A DNA stretch of 56,610 bases, the filler included, from Sphacelaria rigidula (taxonomy: Eukaryota): assembly GCA_964200075.2 (NCBI GenBank). It is 5 parts of 5 records of this genome, joined end to end, with 100 filler letters (N's around TTAATTAATTAA, not from the genome) between each part and the next. Parts side by side here need not be neighbours in the genome. Positions count along the whole stretch, not along the records: positions 45,370 to 56,610 come from CAXNAA020005184.1; 4 more parts are not named here. The stretch is one strand, 5' to 3'. The notes below the pieces were generated by a model. The model had not been told where the DNA came from and did no database searches. It saw nothing but the letters and a program-made list of their open reading frames with translations. A program made the translations under genes and the position numbers. Shown one piece after another: positions 50,441 to 56,610 of this stretch; the first letter of the stretch is position 1; every line of letters starts with the position of its first letter.

Positions 50441-51997
50441 TTATTCAAGGGGTGCCGAGCCTTTTTCTTCAACATCGGCTGCTGCTCGGGCGCCATCTTC
50501 CGGCAATGTGTCTTGTTCTGCCTCCTTACCCGCACCAGTATCTTCATTCGAAGAATCATCCGCCACGTTGTTCTGCCCTCTGGCGCCGCCTTCTGGCAGT
50601 GCACCTTGTTTTGCCTTCTTGGCTGCACCAGTATCTCCATTTGAGGAATCGCCCGCCTCGCTGTTTAGGCCTCTTTTGTTTCCTGTGGCTCGTGACTTGG
50701 GGCCCCAGTAAGGTTCTGGGTTCTGCTGATACCTGGCAGCGGGCTTTTTCCGCAGCAGCGAGGAAGGGACGGTGAAATCAGCTTCCAACTTGGGCTCGCG
50801 CTTCAAGATCTCCTCCCCCGGAGCTGAGCCCCCCTTTCGCTTCTCACTGACAGGGTGCTTCTTGACCCAACAGCGCATGACATCCCAGACAACATCATCG
50901 GGAGCGTCCGTTTTTATGGCTTGCGGGTCTTTGTGTTGCTGGGACACTCGAAAACCCGCGTTCATGATGGCGGCTTGAATGTCCACCATCCGTGGGCTAT
51001 TGCAGTGTAATGTAGAGCACAAGTCAGGCAGGGTATAGAAGAGGGGAACATCCGGCAATTCCTCTGAAACGGACGTCAACATTCCGTGAATGCGTTTTCT
51101 CGTTGCAGGTGGATATGGACCACGATAGCTCTCCACACGTGTAAGGAGCTGTCCAACCCACTCCATGTCATGAATCGGGGCATTCCAGATTGGACCACCA
51201 ATCTTGAAGCGTCTGCCTGTTTGGGGACACAGCCCGTCTCCTGTACTTAGAGTGGGATTGTAGGTATTTTTGGCATGTTTGCCGACAGTGTGGAGGAAAA
51301 ACGAGCCACACCCTAGGCTCTGGTGGACATACGAAGCCTTGAGGCAAGCATTTTTCACTTCGGCAGGAGAAGTGAACACTCTCACAAAGACGCGCACGTA
51401 AAAGTCAATGCTGAGGCTGAGTATCGGTACGATATGCCGTCGGTATCGATTCGCTTGCGCCTCCAAGGCATGCAGTAAGATGCGCAGAGCCATCTCATGC
51501 AGATACTTGCCCTTGGTGGGCATGCTGCCGTATTTCGCGTAGCATGTTTCAGGGTGACCCCCGCTGAGCACGCCCATATCTGTGCATGTTACACACAGAA
51601 GCCCCCCATCTTCCACAGACTGTACGGCCGCATCCAGGAAAGGAGCCGCCGAACCGTACGGATCGAGATCAATGACATCAAACCGCTCACCCGTCCCTTT
51701 GCTGGAGTGCATAGCACAAATAGCATCGCCTTGCTGCACGCGAATCTTGGAGGATTCAACCTGATTAAAGTCAACGTTTCTCCGCGCTGCCTGTACCGCA
51801 GCCTCATCCAGGTCATTGACGACGACCTCTTTTACACCAGGTATCTCCTTCACATACCGGATAGACCGTAGAGCTGTAGCCGCAAGGGCATCGAGGATTC
51901 GTATCCCATCCGTCGAGGAGCTTTGCGCAGCACGCTCACCCCAATCTGTGCTGTCCAATCCTTCCAGATCCTGCGCAGTTACCTCGGCTCCTTCTCT
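50441..51997 (-). CDS. TRMT1: tRNA (guanine26-N2,N2)-dimethyltransferase Trm1, main/terminal exon
   Basis: ILDALAAT.LRSIRY, VVNDLD, FDVIDLDPYGSAAPFLDAAVQ, GGLLCVTCTDM, HEMALRILL, SIDFYVRVFVRV, GGPIWNAPIHD, EELPDVPLFY, IKTDAP. Acceptor gactcag at 51998; upstream exon(s) not found. Confidence 0.96.
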   Translation of the reverse strand, partial: REGAEVTAQDLEGLDSTDWGERAAQSSSTDGIRILDALAATALRSIRYVKEIPGVKEVVVNDLDEAAVQAARRNVDFNQVESSKIRVQQGDAICAMHSSKGTGERFDVIDLDPYGSAAPFLDAAVQSVEDGGLLCVTCTDMGVLSGGHPETCYAKYGSMPTKGKYLHEMALRILLHALEAQANRYRRHIVPILSLSIDFYVRVFVRVFTSPAEVKNACLKASYVHQSLGCGSFFLHTVGKHAKNTYNPTLSTGDGLCPQTGRRFKIGGPIWNAPIHDMEWVGQLLTRVESYRGPYPPATRKRIHGMLTSVSEELPDVPLFYTLPDLCSTLHCNSPRMVDIQAAIMNAGFRVSQQHKDPQAIKTDAPDDVVWDVMRCWVKKHPVSEKRKGGSAPGEEILKREPKLEADFTVPSSLLRKKPAARYQQNPEPYWGPKSRATGNKRGLNSEAGDSSNGDTGAAKKAKQGALPEGGARGQNNVADDSSNEDTGAGKEAEQDTLPEDGARAAADVEEKGSAPLE

Positions 51998-54859
51998 CTG
52001 AGTCGCGGAGGGGGAAAGAGGATAATGGTTGAGTTGGAAAAGTAAGCTGTCAACCGCAGCATGTGGGCGTGACAGTTTGCCATGCTGGACAGGATGCTGT
52101 ACAAAATGGGACGAATCGGGCGATTCGAACTGGTACCACAACACCGTGTTGTACTATTCCAGTTTCACAAAGTGAACTTGGTTTCTGCTGCGGGTAAAAA
52201 TTCGACTAACGGGTTTTTTGCGACTCCGTTTTTGCGTCAGGATTCTTGCGATCGGGTTCTTGCAATAGTTTTTTTGCTAGATTTTTCCACTTTAGATCCC
52301 CTATCGATTCCGTTTTGGGGGGGGATAACTTCGTCAAATAGACACCAAGCGCATCCTGCTCCAAGAGGCACCTGGACACACAGCAGTTGCCACTGCCTAC
52401 CTAGTATCATCCTCCAAATCGAAGTCTTGAGTGAGAAACCCCAGCGTTTGGTGCCCATGTACAAGGAAGGATGATCTTCATCTAGTATCATGCTCCAAAA
52501 GCTGCAGTTCGCCCAGATGTTGCAGTTTTTTCTTGATATCACCGAGTAATATTACATGTACAGGTGGAAACGTACTCGACCCCCCGTTACATTATAAGTC
52601 GAGATATACCAGACCCTGCATTATATATGGAAATGTACCCAACCGTGGACAAAATATTTCTACAGTCATACGAACACGTCATTGAAAGTGTACTGCGGGA
52701 AGTCAGTGTGTTGTGTGTCTTGTCGTCCTGTCTATTCTGGACGCCGGTCTCCACCTTTCGGTATAGATGGGCGCACCAGCCGCGGCTGTGTTACCATATA
52801 GCTTGGCCTGAGATTCAGGCAGCCATTACAGCGGCGCAGGCGGCCATTCACTCATGCGTGCGCCACCTGGGGCAAACGCACGCTGTAGCTGCAACATGGA
52901 CAGCTTCACAAAATGTTACGTAGCAATATAGCGCGTAGCGTGGGGTGATATCCTGCGTAGACGTTGGCCGCGATACAAGCAGCTGTCATGGCTTCGCGAA
53001 CTGCATAGGACAACGCGAAATCAATGCAGGACAGGGGTAGGCTGAGGATGTCATGTCCTGCGGTGTGCTTCGTCACCCTGCACCCTGCCGCTGAGCAGTG
53101 AGCAAGTAGTACCGCCGAACGCGTCACGCTGCGGTTGGTACGCAGTGTCGCCTTCACAACAATAGGGTGACTAACCTCTGCATTGAATTCGATAAAACGC
53201 ACTGAATTAAATTAAACGGGCGGAGCGCGTTATTTTTCGAGCAGTACGCGCTACTCGTAGCGCCGGCGCGATTTTCTGTGTTGCCGACATCGTGCCAGCG
53301 CGCCTGTGGACTACAGCGTTGTACTCCCCTGTGGCAGCCCGTCACGGTATTGCTCCTCATGTTTCATCATGCTTTATTCGAAAACACACGGAGGAGATGC
53401 CAGCGAGTCCATCGTTGTTGCACTTGGAAGTGTAGTGAGCCATTTTTTTTCCGATCTAGTACTGCCGATGCTGCGTGCTGTACCAAATAGTATACCGTAC
53501 CACTTGAAAAACGGATATGCATGATATAAACGCAACCGACATGCTCTAGTTATCATGAACTGTGAAATGTATACGAGGCGCTGGAAGCGTAGTTTTTGTC
53601 AAGGAATGCAAGGACGCAACCATACTGCAGTACAGGCAGTTTTTTATGATTAGCATGAAACACGTGCTTTGAACGAGACACAAGACAAAGCATTTACATT
53701 ATAATACCTGGGCGTTTTGGTACTGAAATGAGTCCACCAGTCCCTCCATTACCTACCGTAAGGAGATAGATACCACGTGTAAATACAAAATGAGTTACGG
53801 GCAGGCCTTCATTTTAGAGGTGAAGGGCCCAGCCGAGACCACTCCGGTTTCACCGCCGAAATCCGAGACCGCAACGTCACAAACATCGAAATAAATTGAA
53901 ATTGAAAGCACCCTGGACACACGGCAATCTATTGAAAAAAATAAAGGAATTTATGACCACATTGCGCAGGTCAGCGGTACTGGAAACGGCATTGGACGAA
54001 CGAGAGGTTAGGGAGAGCAAACCGTTCATCTCCAAGGAAACACGTGCTCCTCATAGTTCAGCTTAGGCCTTTGCTATGTAGGCTCCTTCTTCACTTTTTT
54101 TTTGGCCACATTTTCTTTCACGTTCATTTTTTTCACGTTCATTTCCGGCTTCAAATAGGCCGGATTAAAAGTCATTGTTCGGCTCCGAAAAAAAATGTTT
54201 TTTAATCTGAAACCCATAGAGCAAAGGCCTGAACGAAGCAGATGAGAAACAACAACCTTCATATATTGAGAAACAACGAGGGGTACAGGGGCAGGGGGTC
54301 TCGCCTCCCAGAAATGGGCCACCAAGAAAAAAAAAGGCTTTTGAAAAAACAACAGATTGGCTTGAAAAAAAAAGCCATGTGTCGGCTCCAAAACGAAAAA
54401 TGGCTTTTGGCTGAACCCCACGGAGAAAGACCCAGTTCCGGTGTGAGGTACGTCTAGTTCCGTGTCGAAAACTACGCGGGTAAAGTGTTGTGTAAATGAT
54501 TCCTCCGATGGTGAGCCAATTGGCCCGTATATATCACAGAAAACATCGTCAAATCCTTTAGAGTAGATTGTTTCCGGAGATATCAAAGCTCGGAGAAGGG
54601 GTTCACCAAAACTCATCGTCATAACATGCATGGACTACAAGGATCATGGCGGTATGCTCAGGTATAAATTATCTTGGGCCTCTGGGTGACCGACAGCAAC
54701 AAATGTGTATCAATTCGGGCGGGGGTCTTCCACATATATTAAATCCTGGAGCCCCAATGGTCAACCCCATGCAGCATCTGCGTCACCTCCCACAGACAGG
54801 GGTAAGTCAAAGTGAATCAAAATGTTTTTGCGCAAAGCGCGATTCTGACCGAGCGTTTA

Positions 54860-55648
54860 GGGTCCTTCTTATCGAGGGAGATAATCCCTGCTTCCAAAAT
54901 CCCCTCTTTGAAAAAGGACCGCTGATTGGTCCCTGCGATACCACCCCCCAAAACAATTCCCCTCAACGTGCACAGAAATCCACTCTTGAAGAGGGGATTT
55001 CTGTGCACCTCGAAGGGGAGCATATATGACCCGTTGACAGGCGAACATGCAAAGGCTCACCACACAATCCAACACAACTAGAGCTGAACCTGAGGAATTT
55101 GGTGGCCCTGCAAACCAAAAACACACAGCTCGAGCCGTAGCTGCTCATCAGCTGTGCACTTTGTGCGCGACCTTGCTCAAATCTGTTCAGAATTCTTTGA
55201 GAAATGATGGTTTGCGTGAGACGCGCGCGCAGCACACGCTTACAAAACGGTCAGGAACGACACATTTCGGTTGTTTTTGCCACGCACGCGGCTGCCATTC
55301 GTCCAGTACAAAACGGATTTCCGATAAAACAAAGATTGCCGTGTGTAGAATAGCAAGGGCTAGCAGTGAAACTAGGGCGCGTGAGTGGTGGGTGTCTGTC
55401 CGTGTTTTCTCGGGGCTGGTTGTGTACGTGTTGTGTTGCCTTGTTGAGTGATGTCTGCAGCATTACACAGACCTTGGACTAACGACCACTTCCAGACCCG
55501 TAGCATTTCTGAACTTGCATGCAGGTCTGGGGTCCAATCTGTACAAAACTGCTTCTCGATAGGACTCAGGACTGGTCGTTATGGGGCCACTCCCCTGTCA
55601 AGAGGGGATTTTGAAAAAGGGGATAATCCACTTCGATAAGAAGGGTCC
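54860..55648. mobile_element. PIF/Harbinger (Tourist-like) MITE, 789 bp
   Basis: ~50-bp imperfect TIRs GGGTCCTTCTTATCGA..AAAATCCCCTCTT / AAGAGGGGATTTT..TCGATAAGAAGGGTCC; TTA duplicated at 54857-54859 and 55649-55651. Confidence 0.8.
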
Positions 55649-56421
55649 TTAAAAAATCGGCACTCGGCAAAAATTGAGGACCCGTCTGAAATCAGGGGAA
55701 GAACGATCACATGGGCCATGTTCTGTTTTACTGTGCTGCAGCACAAACACTCACGCTCTCCCTCATGTGCTGTAGCTGTAACTACGCTGTAGTGTGTTTA
55801 GACCTTTGCGAAGACGGCTTGGTCTTCGCTGGGACAGCCTGAGCTGCCTTATTGTCAGTGTCCTCTTTAGAAAATAATGTTGGTCAGCACGCGGTGCTGT
55901 CTACACACATCACTGTGGAAATTTTCACGTGTGTTGATTGTTTTGTCTTCCGTCAAACGAACAAGGCTCTTCTTATACTCATCATTCCTACGCTGTAGTT
56001 GTCGCTTTGTTGTGCATTTGGAGATTTTACGACGAACATGGTGAGGTGTGCGCTGGAGGGTGCCTGAACAGCTGACTGTTGTATGCTGTGTTTTGTTTTC
56101 TACAGAAATGGGATGGGATCGAAGTGCTGTCTATATACAAAGTTGAAACAATCAAGTGATGGCCGTGCAGCTGTCCGTTGCGTCTTCTTTGGTACGTCAG
56201 TTGTAGTCGGGTGGTGTGATGGAGGAAGACGCGCAAGACGGGTGCCTGCAGGTTGGGGAAAACAAGTTGAGCCAGCACGGAGCTGCTGTATCCTCAGTGA
56301 TTCATGGTCGCAGCTGTCTGTCTCGCAGCGGCGCAATGTGTGGGCAAATTAACGCTATTTTGCCACTCATATGCCACTCGTTTCTCTCATCCGATTGGAG
56401 ACACGTCGCCGCATTTCGGAA

Positions 56422-56610
56422 CGAGCTGGGTCAGCCTAGACAAGGATTGAAGCTTTCAAAGCAATGAATATCTCGTCGACACGGACGAGTTGGGCCATGA
56501 TCCGCATGCTGTATTCATCGTCCAACCAAGGAAAAGATGCCCATCTAACAGCCGATTCTCGGAAATGGGGTTGAAAAAAAAAATGAGGTTCAACTCAAAA
56601 GCCGTGCTTT
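56422..56610 (-). mobile_element. Third copy (inverted, truncated by the window end) of the 1.2-kb TA-type DNA element
   Basis: CGAGCTGGGTCAGCC TIR followed by the reverse complement of ~4420-4565. Confidence 0.8.

Noticed and set aside
24794..51997. Apparent cluster of RNA-processing and tRNA-modification genes (NRDE2, WDR6, CWC15, TRM1)
   Set aside because: They lie on three different contigs joined by artificial spacers; only CWC15 and TRM1 are truly adjacent.
51998..52144. N-terminal 49 codons of the 567-aa Trm1 ORF
   Set aside because: This is non-homologous sequence upstream of a good splice acceptor and is most likely intron read-through.
54074..54850. 185-aa ORF and faint chromodomain/transposase-like words on the opposite strand
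   Set aside because: Driven by A/T runs, with many stops in the alternative frames and no coherent motif set.

Overview
Eukaryotic, intron-rich genomic DNA, most consistent with a brown alga or related stramenopile (inferred from gene structure and repeat types). The window is not contiguous. It is five unrelated contigs of 11,243/11,243/11,242/11,241/11,241 bp joined by identical 100-bp artificial spacers (44N-TTAATTAATTAA-44N). Contig 1 (1-11243) is a transposon nest: an internally deleted chromodomain-bearing Ty3/Gypsy LTR element, three copies of a GAG...CTC MITE with 4-bp TSDs, and a TA-flanked 1.2-kb DNA element. Contig 2 holds an orphan terminal exon, a possibly decayed DDE transposase, two more MITE copies, the last exon of an SDR oxidoreductase and several TIR elements. 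Contig 3 carries most of a multi-exon NRDE2 gene, including a GC-AG intron. Contig 4 carries the 3' part of WDR6/Trm734. Contig 5 carries CWC15 and, convergently, the main exon of TRM1, plus a SINE and MITEs. No CRISPR array, rRNA or intact tRNA was seen, and I found no convincing novel multi-gene system. The best leads are in the mobile elements: a hairpin module shared by two unrelated MITE families, and a Gypsy lacking RT/RNase H and a canonical PBS.
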